DNA of 63,850 bases, the filler included, from Olpidium bornovanus S191 (lineage: Eukaryota; Fungi; Olpidiomycota): NCBI GenBank assembly GCA_017911155.1. It is 30 parts of 30 records of this genome, joined end to end, with 100 filler letters (N's around TTAATTAATTAA, not from the genome) between each part and the next. Parts side by side here need not be neighbours in the genome. Positions count along the whole stretch, not along the records: positions 46,735 to 49,067 come from JAEFCI010001261.1; positions 49,168 to 50,687 come from JAEFCI010005049.1; positions 50,788 to 52,878 come from JAEFCI010013353.1; positions 52,979 to 54,169 come from JAEFCI010001413.1; positions 54,270 to 56,575 come from JAEFCI010001543.1; positions 56,676 to 58,673 come from JAEFCI010007440.1; 24 more parts are not named here. The stretch is one strand, 5' to 3'. Below, one piece after another: positions 46,769 through 58,672 of the stretch. The stretch's first letter is position 1; each line of letters opens with the position of its first letter. The notes beneath the pieces were generated by a model. That model was not told where the DNA came from. It worked only from the letters and a program-made list of their open reading frames with translations, and made no database searches. Both the position numbers and the translations under genes were made by a program.

Positions 46769-48204
46769 GTGTTTGTCGAGAAAATCGTGAAGACCAACGA
46801 CCAACAGGCGTCCCTCTTCCTTCAGCAGCGTCTCAAGACGGCCACCGCCGACATGCGGCAGGCCATTTTGGACGCCGTCCTTTCCCACTCGCTGGCACTG
46901 ATGAAAAACAAGTTCGGGAACTTTCTGATGCAGCGGTGCTTCGAGTACGGAACGCGGATGCAAACGTCGGCGATGGCGGCGACGATGCGGGGCAATGTGT
47001 TGAGCCTGGCCCTTGATCCATTCGGCTGTCACGTGGCGCAGAAGGCGCTCGACAACGTGGACGAGGACGTCAAGGCGTCGATCGTCAGCGAGATGTTGGT
47101 CCGGCGCATACCTGAAACCATCATACACCGCTTCGCCAGCCACGTGTGGCAGAGGATCTTCGAGATACGGTGGACCGGCGCCGCCGGCGCTCCCGCCGTC
47201 ATGAATTACGTGCAGAACGCGCTGCAGGGCGCGTGGCATCAGGTTGCCGTCGAGGAAAATGGCAGCCTGGTCGTGCAGAACATTTTTGAGAATTGCTCGG
47301 AGCCCGAAAAGGTAAAAGGCATTTTACGTTTGTGCACTGGCTGCGCCTCCACTCGTTGGGGGGGCCGGGTGCCAGCGGAGCACAACTTTCCTCCCGCTAA
47401 CGCTGCTCCCCGTTAACCCTCTCCCCCTCCTTCTCCCCCGCCCCGCTCACGGGCAGCGCCCAGTTCTGCGCGAAGTTCTCGACCACGCACCCATGATCGC
47501 GCGCGGGGAGTTCGGCAACTGGGTTATCCAGCACATTCTCGAGCACGGCGCTCCGCCAGACAGGCGCAGAATTATCCAGATAATCCTGGACGATCTGCCG
47601 AAAATTGCCACGGATCAGTACTCGAGCAAAGTGGTCGAGAAAGCCCTCAAGACAGCGACCCGCAACGAGGTGCAGGAGATCGCGGACAAGCTTTGCCGCA
47701 CCGAGTCACCGTCGGTGTCCTCTTACCTCAACTCTCCGACGTCTTCCGAGCTGGACGCCTCGGCGTCCACCGTCGGGAATTACTATAATTCCGGCATGTC
47801 GGGCCTGATGATGGACCACCCGGGCATCGCGACGTCGGGGCCCTTAGCGTACCACAGCGACCCGGTGGCGGCGGCAGCCATCTGCCTGCCGGCCATCTTA
47901 GCGCTGGTGGCCGACCAGTACGGGAACTACGTTGTTCAGCACCTGTTCCACGTGGCCCCTTCGGAGCAGCGCGACCGCGTCGCGAGTCACATACGGCCGT
48001 ACCTCCCGGCGCTGAGGGCGAGCAAGTACGGCCAGAAGGTTGCCCAAATTGTTGAGCGCATGAGCCGTCCGGGCGGCCGCTCCGGGGCCCACAGCGGCGG
48101 CGGCTGTGGCGGCGCCAGCGGCGCCGGGGGCGCGCCGGGCGGCGGCGGCGCTCACCACTACCATCAGCACCATCACACCGCCAACAACGGTAATCCCGCG
48201 GCCG

Positions 48205-48235
<31 letters not shown>

Positions 48236-48326
48236 GCTGCAGCACCCGCAGCAGCACCAGCTCAACGCGCTCTTCCATGCCAACGTCATCGCCAGCTACT
48301 CGGCTGGCCCTTGGGGACGATGGTGA
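46769..48326 (+). CDS. Pumilio/PUF RNA-binding protein, 8 PUF repeats (fungal Mpf1-like type), 5' missing
   Basis: Exons 46769-47311 and 47457-48326. Repeats: NDQQASLFLQQ, NKFGNFLMQR, DPFGCHVAQK, HRFASHVWQR, EENGSLVVQN, GEFGNWVIQH, DQYSSKVVEK, DQYGNYVVQH, then SKYGQKV and a G/H/A/Q low-complexity tail. Confidence 0.93.
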
Positions 48327-49755
48327 CCCGGGGCATGCCGTGGGGGGGGAATATCTTCCGGAGATAATACCAACTCCTCACCCCCACTCAACCCAAGCTC
48401 GGATTTAATCCGAGGCTCCCGTCGGTACTTTTCGAGTTGTTTATATTCCGACTTCTCTCTTTCTCTCGTTTTTTCTTTCCTTTTCATTTTTCCTTTCCGA
48501 TTAAAACGGCCCGATTCCCCCGGCCGTGCTAGGCGGCTTCTAATTCTCAGGCCCTCCAAATCTAGATTTTTCTATTTATTTTTTCCTGCGCCTAGATCCA
48601 CAGATACCCAACCCCTTCCTCACAACCCTCGAGACGGACGGATTATTTAGCCTCCCTACTTCCTTTCTGATCTTTTTTACCCCCAGTCGGCTCCTTTTTT
48701 TGCCCTATTTGACTTGCGGCCGCGACCCGTCCCTTCCCCCCTTTCCCCCCCCCCCACCTTTTGTTTTCTGTCGATATACCCCTTTTGCGCACCGTTTTTT
48801 TTTGTTAGACAGTTTAATTTCGCGTCGCCTCCGGGAAACACGTTCCCGCCCTCTTTATTTTTCCAATTTTTTTCTTTATTTTTTTTCGGGCCTTTATTTC
48901 TCTTTTTCTTTTCCTGCTAGGCACCACCGGGCAAAAATGTTCGGGCCCCTCCTTTCCCCCTCCCCCCTCGCTCCCCATCCCCATCCCCATTTGTACGTAG
49001 ATCGGCCCGGGATGTAATTAAGTTACCCTGTACGTATGCAAATTGTGCGTCTCACCTGTACATGAAANNNNNNNNNNNNNNNNNNNNNNNNNNNNNNNNN
49101 NNNNNNNNNNNTTAATTAATTAANNNNNNNNNNNNNNNNNNNNNNNNNNNNNNNNNNNNNNNNNNNNCATGCCCCCGATTGTTATTTCCGCGTCAGATTT
49201 CTTGTTTTTTCGCTGACCTCCAAAAATGGAAAAAAAAAAATATGTCCGTCGACTTTTGACCCCTCCCCCTCTTTCGGCCCCCAGCGCGTCCTCGCCCACG
49301 CTGGGGAAATTACTTTTGTTTTTTTATTCTCGCGCGCGGACACAATGCACAGCTCCCCTCGCGCGCCCAGACACGTCATATTCATTGTCCCGGCGGGCGA
49401 TCCGCTCCGGTTTCAGCCCGTTCCTTCACGCGCAGGGAAGGAGAGAGAGAGAAGGATGGGAGGCAGTGGTAGAAAGAGCCTTTGTTGTTCGAGGAAGGTG
49501 ACGCCTGTGCCGGCAGATGCTCAAACCGGCCGCCCAGCTCCGCCCTCACAAACTCGCGCGCATTCGGCTCCGTGCAGCCTGCCTCCTCAACTTCGCGCGG
49601 GTCTCCGGATTTGCATATTTAAAGAGCCCCGCGGGTGGGGCTTTTGTCTCCCACTTCTCTCTGTCGCTGTCTACCGCTCGAGATCCCGCCACGCAAGAAA
49701 TCCCCCCCCCCCATCCAATTCCACTCGCTAAGTCAAACAAGACTTTTCCTCAGCG

Positions 49756-50460
49756 ATGTCGAAGCCGGGCTCCCGCTCGCTCCCCGGCCTGAGCGCCGTC
49801 GCGCTGGCACTCCTTTTGGTGCTCTCGTTGTTGTCGGCTCCCTCCGTTGCCCAACCGGAGCCCGCCGCCCCTGCCGACGCCGGCGCTGCCGGCCCCGCCG
49901 GCGGGGGCGCCGCCCCGGCCGCTCCGGCCGGAGCGGAGGACGCGGCGGGAGCCCCGGCGGACGGCGAACAGGCAATCGACCCTACAACGCTCCAGCAGGT
50001 CCAGCCGCTGCACTGCCCGGCCGCCGAGCAAACCGCCTGCCCCGAATTCACCTTCTGTGATCAAGCGCTGGGGATATGCCAGGCGACCGAGGTTTGGGCT
50101 TTGCGGAAGCGGGTGGGGGAGGCGGCAATTTTTTTTTAAGGGGAGGGAGGGGGGGGGTAGCTCGCATACGGGAGCAGGGAAAAATTTGATTGGATTTCTC
50201 CCCCAAACTTCCCCCTCCCCGCCTCTTTCCCCTTCTTTCCTCTTCCTCCGACTCCTTTCTTTCCCCAGTGCTTCAACGAGTTCGTCGCCGAATGCCCTCT
50301 CGGATTCCGCTGCGACCTGCAGACGCTTCCTGCCGAAGCCACTGACGAGGGCGCCGGCTCGTGCGTCCCGGAAGCTTGCTTCTCCACGGTCCAGACCGGC
50401 ACCGGATGCCCGGCGAATTTTAACTGCGTGGACAACGTGTGCCAGTACCAGACCGCTTAA
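49756..50460 (+). CDS. Small secreted cysteine-rich protein, 175 aa, three 4-Cys modules (orphan, complete)
   Basis: Exon 49756-50091 (GAG|GTTTGG) and exon 50269-50460 (CCCAG|TGC...GCT TAA), both phase 0. Signal peptide LSAVALALLLVLSLLSAPSVA-Q, an Ala/Gly/Pro linker, then 12 Cys in repeated C-x7/9-CP-x2-F-x-C-xn-C units. Confidence 0.85.
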
Positions 50461-50795
50461 ATTCGCGGGTCCGCCCGAAAACCCCCACACACTCGTGTCG
50501 AGGGAGAGGCGCCTTTCGCTTCCTCTTCCCCATCCCACTCTTTCCCCTCCCTCCCCGCTGCTCCTTCATGACCCCTCGCCCCCTGCCCACCCGCCCTCAA
50601 ACATATAGACCGAAAGCCGAAGCTTTCGTCGCGCGCAAAGGTTTTCTCGTTCCCAATTTTCATTCTCATTCTCATTTTCCCGTTTCCNNNNNNNNNNNNN
50701 NNNNNNNNNNNNNNNNNNNNNNNNNNNNNNNTTAATTAATTAANNNNNNNNNNNNNNNNNNNNNNNNNNNNNNNNNNNNNNNNNNNNCCCCGCCG

Positions 50796-50845
<50 letters not shown>

Positions 50846-51248
50846 AGGGGTGAAGCCGGCCCGCGTTCTCCTCTTTTCGCCTCGCACCCCGTTCCGGGAA
50901 TCCGTCGACCGCGTGCGTCCCCGTCCCGCCCCGCAGTGTGCCCTTCGGCCGATCCGCCCAAAAGCGTTCAAAACGTGGGTGTGGGCCCGTCTGCCGCGTC
51001 CCCGTCTCGCCGCAGGCCTTCAACCGGATCCGCCCGAAACCCTCAAAAACGTTGGTGTCGGCCGTCTGCCGCGTCGATCTCCGCGGAGTCGGCGGCGGTG
51101 CCACCCACCCACCCCACCCCCCCGCCCCCTCGTCGTGAGCGGCCGTCGACGAACCGGAAAAATTACGTCGAGCGGATCCGGCCGCCCGCCCGCGATTCCG
51201 CCGGAACGCCGACGCGAGAGCCGGCCCACGACAGGAAATCGCTTTTCG

Positions 51249-51288
<40 letters not shown>

Positions 51289-52609
51289 CGCGCGCGCGCG
51301 CGTCGGGAACTTCCGTCGTTCTCGCGCTCTCCCTCCGCCACTTTCTCGTCCCGTTTTGCCGACCGCCGTTCTGCCTCCCCCTCCCCGCCGGCCCCCACCG
51401 CCGACGGTCCCCTTCGCCTCGCGCCGCAGACCGTCTTCTGCGTGACGAGTCTGGTAAACTTGCCGCGCATTCCTCGACCGACGCGTTCGTCGACGCGCGC
51501 CCCCCTGACCAGACGCGTCCGTCGACCTCACGCGTCGTCGACACTCCTGCCGACACCCGGTTACTTGCTCACTCTCTATCTCTCTCTCTCTCTTTTTTTT
51601 CTCTAACTCTCTATCCCGCCAGTTCACGCGACCCCCCCCGTACCTGCGAATCCGACGCACCTGCAAATCCCGCGCACCCTGCGAATCACACGTACACGCG
51701 GACACCTTTTACGTGCGCAAACGTTGAAGGCGCGTCGCAATCCTGCGGCCGTCAAAAACAAATATATATATATATATATAATCAAAAAGAAAAACCAACA
51801 AAAAGGTATGCGGGCGGAGTCTACCCCGGGGTTATGGTTCTCCCGTGCAATTCCCATGCAAACACGACCGAGAAGGCAGACGGCTTGCCGGCGTACCTTA
51901 TTTTTTTTCGGTATTTTTATTTTTCTTTTGCGTTGATGCCGCTGGACTCCTAGGTATTGGGAGATTCGCAAAATTTACAAAATGGGCAATAACTAAATTG
52001 CTTGCCAGATATACTTTCTGTTTGCAAACGTGTAGGGTTTTGGTCATGTTTGTATGGGATTCGCGTGGTAGAATAATGCCCTGGCGTATTCTCAACCGTT
52101 GCACCTTTTTTGCTTTTAGACGGCTGCCGCCATGCCAGTTTCTTTCTTTTACTTCTCATTTTTTTCACCGCTGCTTCCACCCCCACCTTCCATCCTATTT
52201 TCATCCAAGTCCGATCAAAACTCATTGAGATCTAATATGTGGAGAATAGCTCCGTTTATTTAGTCATGTCCTTTGGCTACTATGACCGCAACGTCCTCCT
52301 GAATTTACAGCTCTGCTCTGAAGTACATCAAATCAATAAAGGGGCATGTAGACTCCATTCTGGCCCTATCCCGGCGGGACCCTTCCCGAGGGAGCGAAGT
52401 TCACCGAGCTCTGACAATGTCAAAGAGATGGCGCAAGGGAAAAGGAAAGGGACACCGGCTCGACTAGCCGGGTCAGAGGACGGAGAACCCGTTTCAGGGT
52501 GGTGAGTATCAGCGGCGAGCGACCCTGGCGCAATCTCTGAGGGTGCGAAACTCGCCGGGGGTTTTTGGCCCTCCCCGTCCTGCCGCTCTTCGAGCGTTCC
52601 CGGAGAGGA

Positions 52610-52667
<58 letters not shown>

Positions 52668-52768
52668 CCCCCCCCCCCCCCCCGAACTCTCTCTCTCATC
52701 GGCGGATAAAAATTTTTTCGCAGGGAATTTCCCCCCCCGTCCCACACCGCTCACACCCGCACCCGCGC

Positions 52769-52831
<63 letters not shown>

Positions 52832-52838
52832 CCCCCCC

Positions 52839-52878
<40 letters not shown>

Positions 52879-52978
52879 NNNNNNNNNNNNNNNNNNNNNN
52901 NNNNNNNNNNNNNNNNNNNNNNTTAATTAATTAANNNNNNNNNNNNNNNNNNNNNNNNNNNNNNNNNNNNNNNNNNNN

Positions 52979-54169
52979 CAAAAGCAGATGCTTCCAATCG
53001 AACAACGAGTGGCTGGAAAGCTGAAGGGACAGCTGTCGCCTTTGTTGTCCTATCCGGCTCAGCTGCTTCGAGAAATCCAGCGGTATGCTGACCTCATGGT
53101 CAGGCCGTCGATTTCCTCTCAACTTGGTACGTGGCAGCTTCTTAGCTGCGAGGGAGTCCTCTGGAAATGTGCCGCCTGACCCCTTGTTGGCGTTCTCCAC
53201 AGCTGCCGAGTGGGAAATCCTGATCAAGCAATTGACGGCCGAGGGGCAGAACTTTACTTCAGAGCTGAAGCGAAGGGAGTCCAAGGTCTTTCCTTCGACG
53301 GCTAGTTGTTTTTGCGGTTGCAATCGCGCGTGAATCTCACAACGTCCGGATATGTCTGACCATGTCCTCCTCGCCCACGCCAGGCAAAGGAGCTGAACAC
53401 GCCCGCGGCTAAGAACGTTTCCGAGGTCGTGGACAACATCATATGGGTTCGGCAGACTCTCCGTAAATTGCAGGAAGACCGGTCCATTATTCAAAGCATG
53501 TTGTCGGAGAGCCATCCATCTGCAGAATACCAAAAAGCTTCCGGCAGGGCAATGGAGGCGCTGCAGCTGTTCGAGCAAGCGCAATTTGACGAATGGGCGG
53601 CGGACGTAGAGGCCAGGATCGAGGACGACAATTCCGAGCTTTCGCTCCAGATGGCCGGACGGCTGATGGAAATGGACTACGCCAACGGAAAGCTGCGGGT
53701 AAACTACAGCGAGCGCATGGTGCGGCTCCTGCGGGAAGTCCGCCAGCTGTCGGCCTTCGGCTTCGCCATACCGCCGCAGGTGCAGAAAATTGCGGAGACG
53801 GCGCAGCAGTTCTACCGCTACAGCATAATCTTGAAGCAGGTCGCGCACTTCTACAACACGATCGAGGGCCAGATGCTGCCGAGCCAGGAGGGGATGCTGC
53901 TGAACTCGGCGCTGGCCTTCGAGAGGCTGGTCAAAAACCCGAAGCACGGTTCAGCAGCGAATACCGGCGACAAGGCGGCGGTGAAGTGGGACAGCGCCTC
54001 GGAGTTTGACGCATACATCGCTCAACTGCACGCCGCCGCGTGCCAGCTGACGGCAGAGAACATACGGCTGCGCAAATACCACGCGACCCTGTGCGAGAAA
54101 GTGATTCAGCTGATGAATATCGACATTCTTCGGAACCAAATAAAGTGGAAAGAGGGAGCGCAAGACATG
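52979..54169 (+). CDS. DYNC2H1: Cytoplasmic dynein-2 (IFT dynein) heavy chain, tail (DHC_N1) fragment
   Basis: Exons 52979-53126, 53203-53285 and 53384-54169: EQRVAGKLK...RPSISSQL...KNVSEVVDNIIWVRQ...EQAQFDEW...RLMEMD...NYSERMVRLLREVRQLSAFGFAIP...IILKQVAHFYNTI..QMLPSQ..MLLNSALAFE...WDS...AENIRLRKYH..LCEKVIQLMNIDIL. This is colinear with animal DYNC2H1. Confidence 0.92.
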
Positions 54170-54645
54170 NNNNNNNNNNNNNNNNNNNNNNNNNNNNNNN
54201 NNNNNNNNNNNNNTTAATTAATTAANNNNNNNNNNNNNNNNNNNNNNNNNNNNNNNNNNNNNNNNNNNNACTTAGCGGTTTGGGAAACAACGCATATATG
54301 CCGTCACAATGCCGCGAGTGCCGCGAGTGCAAAGAGACGGAGGGGGAGAGCAGGAGCGCTATGTTTTTGCGCGTAAGTTCACTTTTCATGGAATCTTTGG
54401 CATCGGAATTTTAGGCCAAAATCCACAAATTTCTCTGCAAGACCCAAACCTAACGGTTCGGGAATTATTAGACACACATTAGATGATCGGATGAGGCTAC
54501 CGAACGATGAGTTTGAAAGAGATGCCGATCGACTCCTAGAACTAAATTCGAACCTCTGATCATGGATGAATCGTGGTTCGTTCAACCGGGCACCGGAACA
54601 CCCGTGCCCGCCTCTCGCATATGCGCAAAAAACCCCGGAAGTTTC

Positions 54646-56114
54646 TCAACCGGCCCTGGACACCTGCGTCCACTTCTCACAGATGAAGTCCCCGAAGGAC
54701 ACTTCTCTGAGCTTCTCGACCGCCCTGCGCGTGCCCTCCGCGCCGCCGCAGCCGTCCGCGGAGGACAACTCCCGCTGGTCTTCCAGCAACGAGAGCTTGG
54801 CGCCCGCAGGGGAAGCAAGCGGGGGAAACGTGGCGTGGTAGGCCGGATACCAGAAGAAGACGATTGAAAATCTTTCGGCCGGCTCCCGGGAGGAGGAGGA
54901 GGAGGAGGAGCGGCCGTCGGCGGCGAATCCGGCGGGAGGGGTCACTCTGTGGAGGGGCGAACGGATCGTCCCGCCCGAGAGTAGAGAGAGGTAGTCCCCC
55001 GCGTGCAGAATCAGGGAGCCGGGCTCCGCGCGTACGGAGTGCCATGCCTGCGGCGCCGCGGACGAAGGGGCGGCAAAAATCTGGAGGCCGCCCGACCTCT
55101 GACGATCGGAGGCGCGTTCAGCGACGAGGGTTAAGAAACCCCAGTCTGTGTGCTCGGCGGATCTGGCAGTAAATCGAGGGAAAGAGGACAAGACGTCGAA
55201 AACGAAGGGAATATGTAGAGAACCCCCGAGACCGTCGCACAACCTGGCTCAACGAAACAAAACTCTGCGCCCCGGAACGGCGCCGCCCCGGACCGCGCCG
55301 CCGGACCGCGCCGCCCCGACCGCGGCAGTCCCGGCACGCGCCCGCCCCCGAACGAGAGATAAACTGACCCCGTCTTATGCTCGGCGCCGTTTTCCCGACC
55401 CGGCGGCTCCCCGTCGTCCGCAAAGTATCGGAACATCCTCGCCAGCGAGATAGCGCACCCCTCGTCCGACCCGAACCTCTCGACGAAGTCGCTCCCGCTC
55501 TCTTCGAAGAACACCTCTCCGACGACCGAGACGACGGCCTTTGAGATCTCGCACAGGGCGGCGTGGGCCTCGGCGGCCCTGCGCCTGAAGGAGTCCGAGC
55601 CGGGCGCCGCGGCGGGCCACACGTTGGGCTGCCGCAGCGGGTTCGGGGCGGGGCGGCGGTCCTCGCCCTGCTCCTCGCGCTCCTTTTCCTCCTCCTCCTC
55701 CTCCTCCTCCTCCTCCGAGTCGCGGCCGCCGCCGAACGAGAAGCCCTCCTTGAGCTCGCGCACGCCGGCGGAGCCGGACTCCCCGCCGGGCGGGATGTAT
55801 CCCCGCAGGAAGCCGGCGGGCGCGGCGGCGCACAGGCGGCGCTTGACGTCGGGCGGCTGGGCGAAGAGGAAACCCGCGGCGTCGTGGGCCGCGGAGATGA
55901 CGCGGCGGTGGTGCTCGGGCAGCGCGAGCTGCATCGCGCCGTGGGTCGTCAGCGCGAGGCGGACGACGGCCCGCTGAGCGGCGGTCAGCCTCGAAGCGGC
56001 GGCGGGCGCTCCGTTCTGGGGGAGGAGGAGCCCGGCGAGGTCGAGGGTGTGCAGGCGCAGAACGGGAGGATCGGCGGGGGCTTCGGGCGCAGGGCTCATG
56101 GCGCGCACGGACAT
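54646..56114 (-). CDS. Isopenicillin-N-synthase-like 2OG-Fe(II) dioxygenase (420 aa, 2 exons, complete)
   Basis: Exon 56114-55369 (donor GTCAGT) plus exon 55162-54646. DIOX_N features (RGYIPPGGES...ELKEGFSFG...PNVWP), facial triad HTD...H (SPLHRV) and RxS (RFSIVFF). Confidence 0.9.
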
Positions 56115-56137
56115 GACGGGGCCTTGTTCCTGAGAGA

Positions 56138-56140
<3 letters not shown>

Positions 56141-56191
<51 letters not shown>

Positions 56192-56196
56192 GAGAG
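56141..56196. repeat. (GA)n/(CT)n microsatellite just upstream of the dioxygenase start
   Basis: Seen directly. Confidence 0.9.
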
Positions 56197-57423
56197 CGTA
56201 AGGTTTCAGGAAAGGAGCGGAAGAGGGGGGGCGGGGGAAAGAGACGGGGAGAGGGAGAGACGCGTGTTTTGTTGCAGTTGTTGTTGTTGTTGCCTTTACT
56301 TCTCGGGGCTTTTTTTCCTGTTCCTCTTTTTTTTTTTTTTTTTTTTTTTCGCTCTCTTTCTCTTTCTCTCTCTCTCTCTCTTCTGCGCATATGCGCATTT
56401 TTGCGCAAAGGCAAACGAAAAGGTTTTTTTTTTTTTTTTTTTTCAAAACGCGCCGCAGGCGTGCGGTTGCGTTGCGCGTGCGTTTGCGTTGCGCGTGCGT
56501 GCGTGCGATGCGTGCGTTTTATATGCGCACAGGACCGAGACGCTTTTTCTCTGTTCCACCAAACAATTCTCATGANNNNNNNNNNNNNNNNNNNNNNNNN
56601 NNNNNNNNNNNNNNNNNNNTTAATTAATTAANNNNNNNNNNNNNNNNNNNNNNNNNNNNNNNNNNNNNNNNNNNNATAGATTATATTACACTGGAAGTAC
56701 AGGCTGCAAAGATATGAATGCTTCGTCCGCATCGGAAGTCGGCTACAAAGATCAGGTCAAGGTTGACCGCCATTGTCTTGATGCAAACGTGCCATGAATC
56801 TGCCCATGGAGGAGCCGGTGACGTTCTTCAGCGCGCAACAAAGGGCCGCATGTCCGTGGCCCTTGGTCCGTTTGCCGGATTGCAGCTTTTCAGCCGATAC
56901 AGACTGGTGTACAATCGGATCGAGAGAGGAACGGTGGAAGAGGGCCGCCGCACGCGCGTGCTCCAGAGTCCGACTTCGATCCGGCGCAGGGCACGGGAGT
57001 ATGGAAGTAACGAGCCGGCAAAATGCACGCACTCGGGAAATCTGGAGTCGGCGGTGCCATGACAAAGAGCAACATTACCGGCCCGCAGATCGGTCCGCGC
57101 GAAGCGTCCCCACCACCTTCGCAGCGCCCACGGAGGCAGCGCTCAGAATTTCACGTGACTGCAGCATGCGGAGCTTCCCAACACGTTCCTACGTTGAAGA
57201 TCTAAAATGGTTCGCAGGATCACACGCGACCCACAGCAGCGAATGCGCATTCTTGACCATCCAAGGCGTGCTCTCGTGAACAGCCCCGATCCTTGCCTGG
57301 TTGCCGAATAATGCAAACATGTTCTTTTATCTATGGTATGAAAGGATTTTCTACGTGTCTGCTTTTGGCACACGGACCGGAACGCGGTGACGTGATTCCG
57401 GAAACTTGGGTTTTTGATACAGT

Positions 57424-58672
<1,249 letters not shown>

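Noticed and set aside
52310-52400. SIKGHVDSILALS, WD40-like
   Set aside because: Single short motif, with no further repeats or supported exon chain.
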